A stretch of DNA of 64,000 nucleotides from Planctomycetota bacterium. Its GTDB lineage: Bacteria > Planctomycetota > PLA2 > JAEUHO01. The stretch lies in contig JAJDEN010000014.1 of assembly GCA_029259775.1 (NCBI GenBank), forward strand, positions 35,613-99,612. Direction: 5' to 3'. The first letter of the stretch is position 1, and the number at the start of each line of letters is the position of its first letter. Shown piece after piece: positions 29,373 through 38,421 of the stretch. The notes beneath the pieces were generated by a model. The model did not search any database. It was given only the letters and a program-made list of their open reading frames with translations, and had not been told where the DNA came from. The position numbers and the translations under genes were made by a program.

Positions 29373-32300
29373 CATGGCCCTCCTCTGCCTTCTGCTTCCT
29401 CTGTCGCCTGCTGCAGCTGAGGACGGCAAGGCCAGGAAGAAGCCGCCGGAGCCTCTCACCGCGGAGCAGGCGGCCGACGCTGTCCTCGCGGCGATCAAGG
29501 CGAAGAATGACGACGCGCTGCGGGCCCTGGCCGGGTCGGATCAGCCGGACCCGTGGCTCGTCGCCGACGAGCTCTGCGGGCGCGGGCAGGTCGTGGCAGC
29601 ACGGGCCCTGGCCGCCGCGGGCGCGCACGTGGATACGAAGAAGCTGCCCGCGTATGTCGCAGCCGCGAAAGAGCGCCCGGCAGATCGTGCGGCATTTCGC
29701 GTGGTGCGAAAGGCGATACGGGCTCGCGATACCAAGAAGATCCTCGAGGGCACCGAAGCGCAGGCCGTGAAACTCGATAGCGTCCTTCGCATCCGGCTGC
29801 TGCACGTGCGATCCCTCGCCTTGGTCGCCGCGCGTCGCACGCGCGAAGGCGAGGACGCCATGCGATCCGCGGCGGATGCCGCGCAGGCGCTCGGATGGTT
29901 GCGCCGCGCCGCGGCGCTGTACCACCGGGCGGGCCACGCAGCCACCCGGCGCTTTGCGTGGCAGCAGGCCGTCGCGGACTGGGAGACGTGCCGCGCGCTG
30001 GGGGACCAACGCGGGGACGTTCTCGGGACGGCCAGGGCGCTCAACAATCTCGGCCTTGCCTACCGCGAACGGGGCGATCACGAGAAGGCGCTCGCGCGCT
30101 TCCAGCGTGCGTTGGCGTCCGCACGGGCGCTCGACAAAAAGAAGCTCGCCGCAACCGTGCTCGGCAACATCGCCATCGTGTACGAGACCCTGGGGGATCA
30201 CACGCAAGCGCTGGCCACGTATGAGGAGGCGTACAAGCAGAAGATTGCCCTCGGAGAGAAGGGCAGCGCCACGGTGACGCTAGGCAACATCGGGGCCATC
30301 CACGACACGCTCGGCAACCTGCGCAAGGCGCTGTCCATACAGCAGCGCGTATTCGAGCAGCGCACGGCCCTCGGCGACCACGTCGGCGCGGCCGAGTCAC
30401 TCGGTGACATCGGCTCGGCGCGTCATGGGCTCGGGCAGTACGCCAAGGCGCTCTCCGCGTACGAGCGCGCCGTCGCACGCCAGCTGGAGCTGCGGGACCT
30501 GCCGGGGGCCGCCCGCACGCTTGGCAACCTCGCGGGCCTCTACCAGGCGCTCGGCCGCTACGGCAAGGCGCTCGAGACCGGGGAGCGTGCCCACGCCATG
30601 CAGGAGAAGATGGGGGACCGCGCCGCCGCGGCCGTCACGCGCGGCAACATCGGCCTGATGCGCGCATCGCGGGGGGAGGATGCCAAGGCCATCGTGGACT
30701 ACAGGGCGGCCCACGCCACGCTGCTCGAACTCGCCCGCCCGCGGGAGGCACTTACGGTCGCAGCGAACCTCGCCAACGCGCAGCACAGGCTCGGTCAGCA
30801 CGACAGGGCGCGCGAGAGCCTCGGCGCCGTACTCAAGGCGCAAGATGCGGGCGGCGAGCGTGTGAACGCGGCGTACACCCGCTTGACCCTGGCGTACGTC
30901 CATAGGGCTCAGGGCCGCACGAAGGAAGCGCTGCGCCTGACGGAGCGGGTCGTACGTGTGGGACGGAGCACGCGCGACACGGCCTTGTTCGTCGCCGGCC
31001 TGCGAAACCTCGTAGGCCTCCTTGTCGAGACCGGGGAGACGGCACGCGCTCTTTCCGAAGCGGAGCGCGCCTTGGACGCCCTCGAGGGTCTGCTCGGGGG
31101 GTTGGGCGAAGAGACGGGGGCGGCTGCTAGGGAGCGCCACGCAAGCCTCTACGCGCTGGGGGCGCTGGCGGCCATTCGTGAGAAGGACGCGGCGGCCGCG
31201 GTGACGTTCCTGGAGAGCGGCCGCGCCGGCGCCCTCCTCGATGCGCTGGGACGTCGCGAGGCCCTTCGCTGGAAGGCGGAGTCCCTATCGTCTGAACTGC
31301 GTGAGGCCGAGGTCCGAGCCCGGTCTGCCGAGGTCGTTGCACGCCGCGCGTACGACCGCGCCGTGCGGCTACGGCGGCTCGCCGCCGCCCGGGACGCGCT
31401 CGTCGTCTTGGACAAAGCGCTGGCGGAGAGCTCGAGCGTCGCGAGTCGCATCGAGCGCGAACTCAAGGACCGGGCGGGCCTGTACTACACACGCGCGGAG
31501 ACGATCGAGACCATCCAGCGTGGGCTGCGCGCCGACCAGGCACTCGTGCTCTATGGGTTGTGCCAAGGCGAAGCCTTCGCCATGGTGCTGCGCCGGGACG
31601 GCGAGCGTGTCGTTGCTCTGGGTCGCCGCTCGAAGGTCGTTGCCGCCTGCAGGGCGCTCGAAGCGTCCGATGCCGCCGCGGATGCCACCGCACCCCTTGC
31701 GGCGTTGCGCGCGTTGATCGTCACGCCGTTGAAGCTCGACGCGTCGGTCAAGCAGGTCTTCATCTCGCCGGAGGGGCCGCTCTGTTACCTGCCCTTCGGT
31801 GCGCTGATTGACCGCGCGGTGGCCCTGACGCCTTCGGGTTCGACCCACGTGGTCCTGCTCGGCGCGCAGAGCGAGCGCGGCACGGGCATCCTGGCCCTTG
31901 GCGATCCCGACTACGCCGGCGCCTCCAAGGGCGCGCAGGCGGTGTACCACCGTGGCCGCAGCCTTGCGTCCTTGCCCGGGAGCCGGGTCGAGGCCAAGAC
32001 GGTGGGATCGACGGTCCTGCTTGGCAAGGACGCCAGCGAGTCCGGTCTGCGCAAGACGCTCGCCACTGCCGCGCGCTGGCGTTCCGTCCACCTTGCCTGC
32101 CACGGCCTCGTCGACGTCGAGAGGCCCATGCTCTCTTCCCTCGCACTTTCCAAGGATGCCGCTGAGGACGGTTTCGTGACGATGCGCGAGATCCTGGGCA
32201 TGCGCATTCCGGCCGATCTCGCCGTGCTCTCGGCGTGCGAGACGGGCCGCGGGCGCAACCGACGGGGCGAGGGGATCGTCGGCCTTGCTCGTGCGTTCAT

Positions 32301-32544
32301 GTTTGCCGGGGCGCCCCGCGTGATCTGTTCCCTCTGGAAGGTGGACGACGCAGCCACCCAGGCCTTGATGGTCAGGTTCTACGAACTGTGGAACCCAAAG
32401 GACGGCACGCAGGGCATGGGCGTTGCCGTCGCGCTCAAGAAGGCGCAAGAGTACGTGCGCGACTTCAGGGACGAGAGTGGCAAGCGGAAGTGGAAGCATC
32501 CGTACTACTGGGCAGCGTGGGTCCTGTGGGGCCTCGCGGACTAA
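29373..32544 (+). CDS. TPR-repeat / CHAT-domain protein, probably secreted
   Basis: MALLCLLLPLSPAAA N-terminal hydrophobic segment; >10 TPR-like repeats (ALNNLGLAYRERGDHEKAL…); C-terminal CHAT caspase-like domain (…HLACHG…LAVLSACETGRG…); start uncertain (in-frame ATG also at ~29284). Confidence 0.8.
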
Positions 32545-32601
32545 TGCCCCGACGGGTGTTCCGGGCCCGTGTTCAGTGATGGGCTGCGGGCAGCACGAGG
32601 T

Positions 32602-32643
32602 TGGTATTCCCGGCAGGGCTTGAACCTGCGACCTCCGGTTTAG
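32602..32643 (-). repeat. partial tRNA-Arg 3' fragment (anticodon-stem to CCA), direct repeat of 32766-32807
   Basis: tggtattcccggcagggcttgaacctgcgacctccggtttag matches the 3' 42 nt of the intact tRNA with 1 mismatch; no matching 5' acceptor strand, so not a full tRNA. Confidence 0.75.
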
Positions 32644-32765
32644 ACCGTGAGAGGTCTGGAGGGGTAGGGACTAGCCCTCCAGTGGAGTGGCGGAGGGCGC
32701 CGGAGGCGCCGCGCCACGACATCCAGGCCGCGCGGGAGCGCGGAACGCCAGCCACCTGCGCGAGA

Positions 32766-32842
32766 GTGGTATCCCCGGCAGGGCTTGAACCTGCGACCTC
32801 CGGTTTAGGAAACCGGCGCTCTATCCAGCTGAGCTACGGGGA
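32766..32842 (-). tRNA. tRNA-Arg (anticodon CCT)
   Basis: Reverse complement GTCCCCGTAGCTCAGCTGGATAGAGCGCCGGTTTCCTAAACCGGAGGTCGCAGGTTCAAGCCCTGCCGGGGATACCA folds as a 77-nt cloverleaf; anticodon loop TTCCTAA; encoded CCA. Confidence 0.85.
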
Positions 32843-32917
32843 CATGTCAACCGGCCGCGAGTCTAGTCCCCCTCGCTCCAGCTGAGCTACGGGGACGTGT
32901 CGACTGGCCGCGAGTCT
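32822..32917. repeat. ~48-bp tandem duplication of the tRNA-Arg 5' end plus upstream sequence
   Basis: tccagctgagctacggggacatgtcaaccggccgcgagtctagtccc (32822-32868) vs tccagctgagctacggggacgtgtcgactggccgcgagtctagtccc (32871-32917). Confidence 0.8.
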
Positions 32918-33123
32918 AGTCCCAGGCGCGGTCGTAGCCACCGGTTGCTGTAGGGGCGCCCCGAGCCGCGCCGAAGGCGCGGCGGGTGGTCGCCCAGCCA
33001 GGTGCGTGGGTGCCCACGCGGCCCTTGGGGCCTTGGGACACCGCTACCACAACAGGGTGTTCCGCCGCAGATGGTGGTCGTGGGCAGCCACCCGCGCCTG
33101 CTGCGCAGTCGCTCGGGTTGCCC

Positions 33124-33600
33124 CTACGGGGACCTCGTCGGCTTGTACCGCACGACGAAGCGCTCGAGGACGAGCGGCATGTCGGGGTCGAATGCGCGAC
33201 CGATCGTCGGGAGGAAGCGCGTGAAGAAGTTCTCGTGCTCCTCGCGCCAGGAGGCCAGCGTGCGGTCGCCCTCCCCTTCGTCGTACGCATGGGCCTCGTC
33301 GACGGCCGAGAACGAGCGATGCTCCACATGGGTCGTCTCGACCACGCACGCCGGCGCACCCGCGCCATCGAGCACGATCGAGAGCTGACCCGGAACGGGA
33401 AACGCTTCGTTCAGCGACTCGTACTCCCAGCGCGCCCCCGCACTCGCCGTCTTGATGCCCGCGAGAACCGGCGCCAGCAACTCGTCCGCCATCTTCGGTG
33501 AGTCGCCGAAGGCCCACGCCTCCGGCGCCCGCGTCGTGGGCGGCAGGCCCAACGCCTCCACGGCCACACTCCAGAACACGGCGACGGCTTGGCTGGTCAT
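33124..33600 (-). CDS. ASCH-domain protein
   Basis: MTSQAVAVFWSVAVEALGLPPTTRAPEAWAFGDSPKMADELLAPVLAGIKTASAGARWEYE… typical ASCH (PUA-like) family; stop codon lies inside a CCCCTAC repeat. Confidence 0.75.
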   Translation of the reverse strand: MTSQAVAVFWSVAVEALGLPPTTRAPEAWAFGDSPKMADELLAPVLAGIKTASAGARWEYESLNEAFPVPGQLSIVLDGAGAPACVVETTHVEHRSFSAVDEAHAYDEGEGDRTLASWREEHENFFTRFLPTIGRAFDPDMPLVLERFVVRYKPTRSP

Positions 33601-33666
33601 GGCTTCTCCCTACGCGTCTCCGTCAGTCTAGCGTTCGGCCCGGCGGAGCGGAGCCCTCCGACGGGT

Positions 33667-34650
33667 ATGCTCATCGTCATGACCGCCGACATGCCCCCGC
33701 GCGTGATGCTCGCGAATCTGCCCACCCCCTTGCAGCGTCTGCCGCGCATCTCCGCTGAATTCGGCGCCGAGATCTGGGTCAAGCGCGACGACCTCACCGG
33801 TGCCGCGCTCTCCGGCAACAAGGTGCGCAAGCTCGAGTTCTTGCTCGGGGAGGCAGAGCACGAAGGCGCCGACACGCTGATCACCTGCGGCGCCGTCACG
33901 TCGAACCATTGCCGCGCTACGGCGGTCGCGGCCGCGCAGCGCGGGCTTGCTTGCCACCTGGTGCTGCGTGGCGACGAACCCCCGGTGCCTGACGGCAACC
34001 TGCTGCTTGACCGCATGGTCGGCGCGAGCACGAGCTTCATCACGCACGAGCAGTGGGCGGAGCGCGACACGCTGATGGCGGCCCAAGCGGAGAGCCTCCG
34101 CGCTGTGGGGCGCAGGCCGTACGTGATTCCCGAGGGCGGCAGCAACGCCATCGGTGCCTGGGGCTACGTGCAGGGGGCGGCCGAGCTTCGGGCCCAGGCG
34201 GAGGATGCCGGGCTCGACATCGCGCGCGTCGTGCACGCCACGGGCAGCGGCGGCACCACGGCTGGCCTCGCGCTGGGCTTCGCGGGCACGGCCACCGAAG
34301 TCATCGGCGTCGCCGTGTGCGACGACCGCGCGTACTTCGATGGCGTCGTCGGCGGTATCGTCGATGCCGTCGGTTCCGATGCGCCCGGACCCGCGTGGAC
34401 GATCCTCGAAGGCTACAAGGGCCTGGGCTACGCCGAGGCCACGCCCGCGGAACTCGCCTTCTACGGGCATGTGGCACGGACCGAGGGGCTCCTGCTCGAC
34501 CCCGTCTACACCGGCAAGGGCTTCCGGGCGCTCTACGAGGAGACGAAGGCAGGACGCATGCAGGGCGACGGCGCGACGGTGTTCCTGCACACCGGCGGGA
34601 TCTTCGGTCTCTTCAGCTTCGCCGACCAGCTGGCGTCTGCGCTGCCCTAG
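33667..34650 (+). CDS. dcyD: D-cysteine desulfhydrase / ACC deaminase family PLP enzyme
   Basis: [45 protein letters not shown]…[14 protein letters not shown]… collinear with E. coli DcyD; start ATG 33667 or 33679. Confidence 0.8.
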   Translation: MLIVMTADMPPRVMLANLPTPLQRLPRISAEFGAEIWVKRDDLTGAALSGNKVRKLEFLLGEAEHEGADTLITCGAVTSNHCRATAVAAAQRGLACHLVLRGDEPPVPDGNLLLDRMVGASTSFITHEQWAERDTLMAAQAESLRAVGRRPYVIPEGGSNAIGAWGYVQGAAELRAQAEDAGLDIARVVHATGSGGTTAGLALGFAGTATEVIGVAVCDDRAYFDGVVGGIVDAVGSDAPGPAWTILEGYKGLGYAEATPAELAFYGHVARTEGLLLDPVYTGKGFRALYEETKAGRMQGDGATVFLHTGGIFGLFSFADQLASALP

Positions 34651-35753
34651 CTCCCGTCGCGGCCGAGGTAGCGCGCGACCAGGATCGAGACGTCGTCATC
34701 GAACCCGGAGCTGCCTTGGTACTGGGCGAGGTCTTGCAGGACCTCGCCAATGAGCAGCGGGGGGGGGAGTTCGCCCAGGCCCGCGATGCGATCGCGCAGC
34801 CCATCTTCGCCGAGCACGTCGCCCTCGCCGTCCTTGAGCAACTCGAAGAGCCCGTCGCTGAACAGGACGACGGAGTCGCCCGGCTGCAGCATGACGCGCT
34901 TGGAGGGCAGGTCGCGCGCCAGGATGTCGTCGTCCATCCCGAGCAGGCGGTTGCGCGTGCGAAGTTCTTCGATGCTGCCGTTCTTGCGCAGCAGGAGCTG
35001 GGCCGGGTGGCCCGCCGTCGCGTACTCGAGCTCGCCGTTCTCGAGGTCGATGCGTGCGACGACCGCCGTGAGGAAGAAGTACGTGTGTTGGAGAAGCTCC
35101 CCAGCCGCCGTGTTGAGGCGCTGCAGCATCTGTACCGGGCTCTGCTTCGTGAGCGTGAGCCGGCGCACCATGCCGTGCAGACGTGCGACGACCATCGCAG
35201 CCGAGATGCCGTGTCCCGAAACGTCGAGCAGGACCAGGTAGAGCCACTTGCCGGCGACGACCTGGCAGTGCACGTAGTCGCCGCCGATGTAGCGCGTCGG
35301 GATGCAGCGCGCGACGGCCTCGCAGTCGGGGCGTGAGATGCTCTCGGGCAGCAGCGTGGCCTGGATTGCCTGCGCGAGCTTGAGCTCGGAGACGACCTCC
35401 TTCTGCTCGACTTCGAGCGCTTGCCGCTTGACGACCTCTTCGCCCAGCGTCTCGTGCGCTACGGAGACCTCGCCTTCCAGGCGCAGGCTCTCTTCGTGCG
35501 CCTCGATGCCGACACGACCCGTGGCGCCGATGATGAGCGCCCAGAAGAACGGTGCGGGCAGTGTCGCCAGCTTGAGCCACCCAGGTGCTCCCGCGAAGAA
35601 GGTCAGCATCGGAATCGGGACGGCCAACACGAATCCGATCCACAGCGACGGGTTCTTGCGGAGGTCGTAGGTCTCCTCGTCACGCAGCGCGGACCAGAAC
35701 GCTTGCAGGAAGCGCATCTTGCTGGCAGTGGACGGGGGCGGCTTGGCGGACAT
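34647..35753 (-). CDS. PP2C-type serine phosphatase (SpoIIE/RsbU family) with N-terminal membrane segment
   Basis: Start MSAKPPP…; two TM helices then PP2C motifs (GGDYV…LLDVSGHG…DGLFE…DDVSILV). Confidence 0.75.
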   Translation of the reverse strand: MSAKPPPSTASKMRFLQAFWSALRDEETYDLRKNPSLWIGFVLAVPIPMLTFFAGAPGWLKLATLPAPFFWALIIGATGRVGIEAHEESLRLEGEVSVAHETLGEEVVKRQALEVEQKEVVSELKLAQAIQATLLPESISRPDCEAVARCIPTRYIGGDYVHCQVVAGKWLYLVLLDVSGHGISAAMVVARLHGMVRRLTLTKQSPVQMLQRLNTAAGELLQHTYFFLTAVVARIDLENGELEYATAGHPAQLLLRKNGSIEELRTRNRLLGMDDDILARDLPSKRVMLQPGDSVVLFSDGLFELLKDGEGDVLGEDGLRDRIAGLGELPPPLLIGEVLQDLAQYQGSSGFDDDVSILVARYLGRDGS

Positions 35754-35924
35754 GGTCGTTCCGGTGGCTCGGGGGCTGGCGCCGAGGCCGGGGGCGCAAC
35801 TCGGACGGGCCGAGCTTGTATCAAGATGGGCGGGTCGTGCTGCGTCCATCCCGAGCGCGAGGCCTATACTCCTCGTACCCAAGCTCACCGGCACAGTAGC
35901 CCGATCCCGGAGAACCTCCCACCG

Positions 35925-36305
35925 ATGAGTCCCCGCAAGACGATTCTCGCCCTGCTCCTGGCGCTGCCGTTCGCAGCCGCCGTCTTCTTCGACGCCCCCG
36001 AGGCGCGCGGCGACGCCGCCGCCGACAAGGCGCTCGCTGCCGTCGTCAAGAAGGGCGCCGCCCTCTGGAAGAAGACCTGGCGCCGGGGGGCCAAGGCCTG
36101 CTTCAGCTGCCATACGCGCGGCCCGAACAAGATGACCGGCCGGCGCATGGACGCGTACCCCAAGTACGACAAGACCCTGAAGCAGGTCGTGACGGTCCAG
36201 CAGAAGCTCAACCAGATGATCAAGAGCAAGAGCGGCGGCAAGCCCCTGGACCTCGGCCACGCGGACCTCACCGCCCTCGAGGCCTACATGAAGACGCTCA
36301 AGTAA
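35925..36305 (+). CDS. secreted mono-heme cytochrome c
   Basis: Signal peptide MSPRKTILALLLALPFAAAVFFDAPEARG; single CFSCH heme-binding motif; 126 aa. Confidence 0.7.
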   Translation: MSPRKTILALLLALPFAAAVFFDAPEARGDAAADKALAAVVKKGAALWKKTWRRGAKACFSCHTRGPNKMTGRRMDAYPKYDKTLKQVVTVQQKLNQMIKSKSGGKPLDLGHADLTALEAYMKTLK

Positions 36306-36346
36306 CCCTGCCACCCGGCATCCCGCCGCGACCGCATCCGGGCCAG

Positions 36347-36373
36347 GTGTCCGTGTCCGTGTCCGTGTCCGTG
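36347..36373. repeat. (GTGTCC)n hexamer microsatellite
   Basis: gtgtccgtgtccgtgtccgtgtccgtg; followed by G-rich tgggaggtggggtgggagtgggag; same hexamer family at 11046, 42261, 58518. Confidence 0.8.
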
Positions 36374-36505
36374 AGACGTGGTGCGAGGTAGTGCAGGTGT
36401 TGCCAGTGTGAGTGAGCCTGCGCTAGGGGGCGTGGGAGGTGGGGTGGGAGTGGGAGTGTCCAGAGCGGCCCGGTACGATCCTCCGGCCCCTACGGAAGGA
36501 TCCCC

Positions 36506-38242
36506 GTGTTCAAGGAAGCCGCCCTCGCTGCCCTGCGCCAAGCCCTGGGCGAAGACGCCGACGCCGTCGGCGACCTCGCCGCCCAGCTGACGCCCCCGCC
36601 CAAGATCGAGATGGGGGACCTCGCGTTCCCCTGCTTCCCCCTGGCCAAGATCCGACGAGCGGCTCCCCCGAAGATCGCCGCCGAGCTCGCTGCAGCCATC
36701 GCGGAAGCAGGCACCGCCGGCGGACCCATCGCCGAGGTCAAGGCGCTCGGCCCGTACGTGAACTTCTTCGCGGACCCCGCGGCGATGCTCGACGGCTTGC
36801 ACATGAGCCTCGCGGACGGCAGCTTCTTCGAAGGCTGCAAGAGCGACACGTCCACGCGCGTCATGATCGAGTTCAGCCAGCCCAACACGCACAAGGTCTT
36901 CCACGTCGGCCATCTGCGCAACGTGGCCGTCGGCGACGCCCTCGTGCGCGTCTTCCGTGCACGGGGCCACGACGTGGTCGCAGCCAACTACTACGGCGAC
37001 TTCGGCATCGACGTCGCCAAGTGCCTCTGGTGGCTGAACAGCCACGCCCAGGAAGAACCGCCGACCGACGGCCGCACCGCCTGGCTCGGCAAGGCCTACA
37101 CGGCCGCGACCCTGCACGTCGCCGCCGCCGAGGCCGCCGGCAAGGAACAAGGCGACGCCATCAAGGCCGAGATCCGCGCCGTGCTCACGGCGATGGAGGA
37201 GGGCGAGCCCGAGATCACCGCGCTGTACCAGAAGACCCGCCAGTGGTGCCTGGATGAGTTCGCCGGCATCTACGACTGGCTCGACGTGCGCTTCGATCAC
37301 GAGTTCTTCGAGTCCCAGCTCGAAGAAGCCGGCAACAAGGTCGTCGATGATTACGTCGCCAAGGGCGTCTTCGTCGAGAGCCAGGGCGCCATCATCAGCG
37401 ATCTCGAAGAGGACGGCTGCGGTGTCGCGCTCGTGCGCAAGAGCGACGGCTCGAGCCTCTACATGACGTGGGATCTCGCGCTGGCTCGCGCGAAGTTCGA
37501 CGAGTTCGATGTGCAGACGTCGATGTACGTCGTGGGCTCCGAGCAGACCCTGCACTTCAAGCAGCTCTTCGCCACACTCGGGAAGATGGGCTACGCGCGT
37601 GCCAAGGACTGCCGCCACGTCTCCTACGAACTCGTCATGCTGCCGGAAGGCAAGATGTCGAGCCGCAAGGGCACGGCCATCCCGTTCCACCTGCTGCGCA
37701 CCCACGTGCTCGACGCGATCCGCGCGAAGATGGCCGCGGCCGGCAGTGAGGTGGACGACGAGGCCGCGAGCAAGATCGCGATCGCGTGCCTGAAGTACGG
37801 CATGCTGCACGTCGGCAACACGCGCAGTGTCATCTTCGACATCGATGAGTGGACGAACCCGGAGGGTGATACCGGCGCGTACCTGCTCTACTCGCTGGCG
37901 CGCATCGCGGGCATCCAGCGCAAGGCCGGGGACGGCGTGGACGTCGCGTCCCCCGTACCCGCGGACAGCGGCTTCGGCGGCGAGGCCGAGCGAGCATTGC
38001 TGACGCACCTCACGGCGTACCCGTCGGTCCTCGCGCGCGTCGAGCGCACCTGCGATCCGTCGGGCCTGGCGGGCTACGTCTTCGAGGGCGCCAAGCGCTT
38101 TTCGCGCTTCTACCAGGAGTGCCCGGTCGTGAAGGCCGAGCCCGCGCTCAAGCACGCGCGCTTGAAGCTGGCCGCCAGCGCGCAGCGGATCTTCACGGAG
38201 GCGCTGGGCCTGCTCGGGATCGACGCCGTCGAGGTGATGTAG
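36506..38242 (+). CDS. argS: arginine--tRNA ligase
   Basis: HIGH-type motif SQPNTHKVFHVGHLRN, KMSSRKG (KMSK) motif, DALR anticodon-binding C-terminus; GTG start. Confidence 0.9.
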   Translation: MFKEAALAALRQALGEDADAVGDLAAQLTPPPKIEMGDLAFPCFPLAKIRRAAPPKIAAELAAAIAEAGTAGGPIAEVKALGPYVNFFADPAAMLDGLHMSLADGSFFEGCKSDTSTRVMIEFSQPNTHKVFHVGHLRNVAVGDALVRVFRARGHDVVAANYYGDFGIDVAKCLWWLNSHAQEEPPTDGRTAWLGKAYTAATLHVAAAEAAGKEQGDAIKAEIRAVLTAMEEGEPEITALYQKTRQWCLDEFAGIYDWLDVRFDHEFFESQLEEAGNKVVDDYVAKGVFVESQGAIISDLEEDGCGVALVRKSDGSSLYMTWDLALARAKFDEFDVQTSMYVVGSEQTLHFKQLFATLGKMGYARAKDCRHVSYELVMLPEGKMSSRKGTAIPFHLLRTHVLDAIRAKMAAAGSEVDDEAASKIAIACLKYGMLHVGNTRSVIFDIDEWTNPEGDTGAYLLYSLARIAGIQRKAGDGVDVASPVPADSGFGGEAERALLTHLTAYPSVLARVERTCDPSGLAGYVFEGAKRFSRFYQECPVVKAEPALKHARLKLAASAQRIFTEALGLLGIDAVEVM

Positions 38243-38421
38243 GGCCAGGGTCTGTCTGGAATCGCTGCGTGGCGAGCCGGACGAGACCGAAGCGAGCTGG
38301 AGCCAATGCGAGGATTGTGGCTCAAGGCGTGCTCTCGGCACGTTGAGGGCCGCAATCCGAGTTCGGGCCCAGCGCAGCGAGTGGATCGTTCGGCGCAGCA
38401 GCAGCGACGTTCAGGCAGACC

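Noticed and set aside
27310-30207. 965-aa minus-strand ORF
   Set aside because: It is antisense to the well-supported LtaS-like and TPR-CHAT genes. It has a Arg/Gly/Pro-rich low-complexity translation typical of off-frame ORFs in 70% GC DNA, and no signal or domain.
32602-32700. Possible second complete tRNA next to tRNA-Arg
   Set aside because: Only the 3' 42 nt (anticodon stem to CCA) are present. No complementary 5' acceptor strand or D-arm can be found, so it is a partial repeat and not a functional tRNA.
36347-36373. Short tandem hexamer repeats considered as a CRISPR array
   Set aside because: The units are 6 bp with no spacers and no cas genes. It is a microsatellite, not CRISPR.
36506-38242. 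Functional link between argS and the nearby tRNA-Arg
   Set aside because: They are 3.7 kb apart on opposite strands with unrelated genes between. It is probably coincidence.
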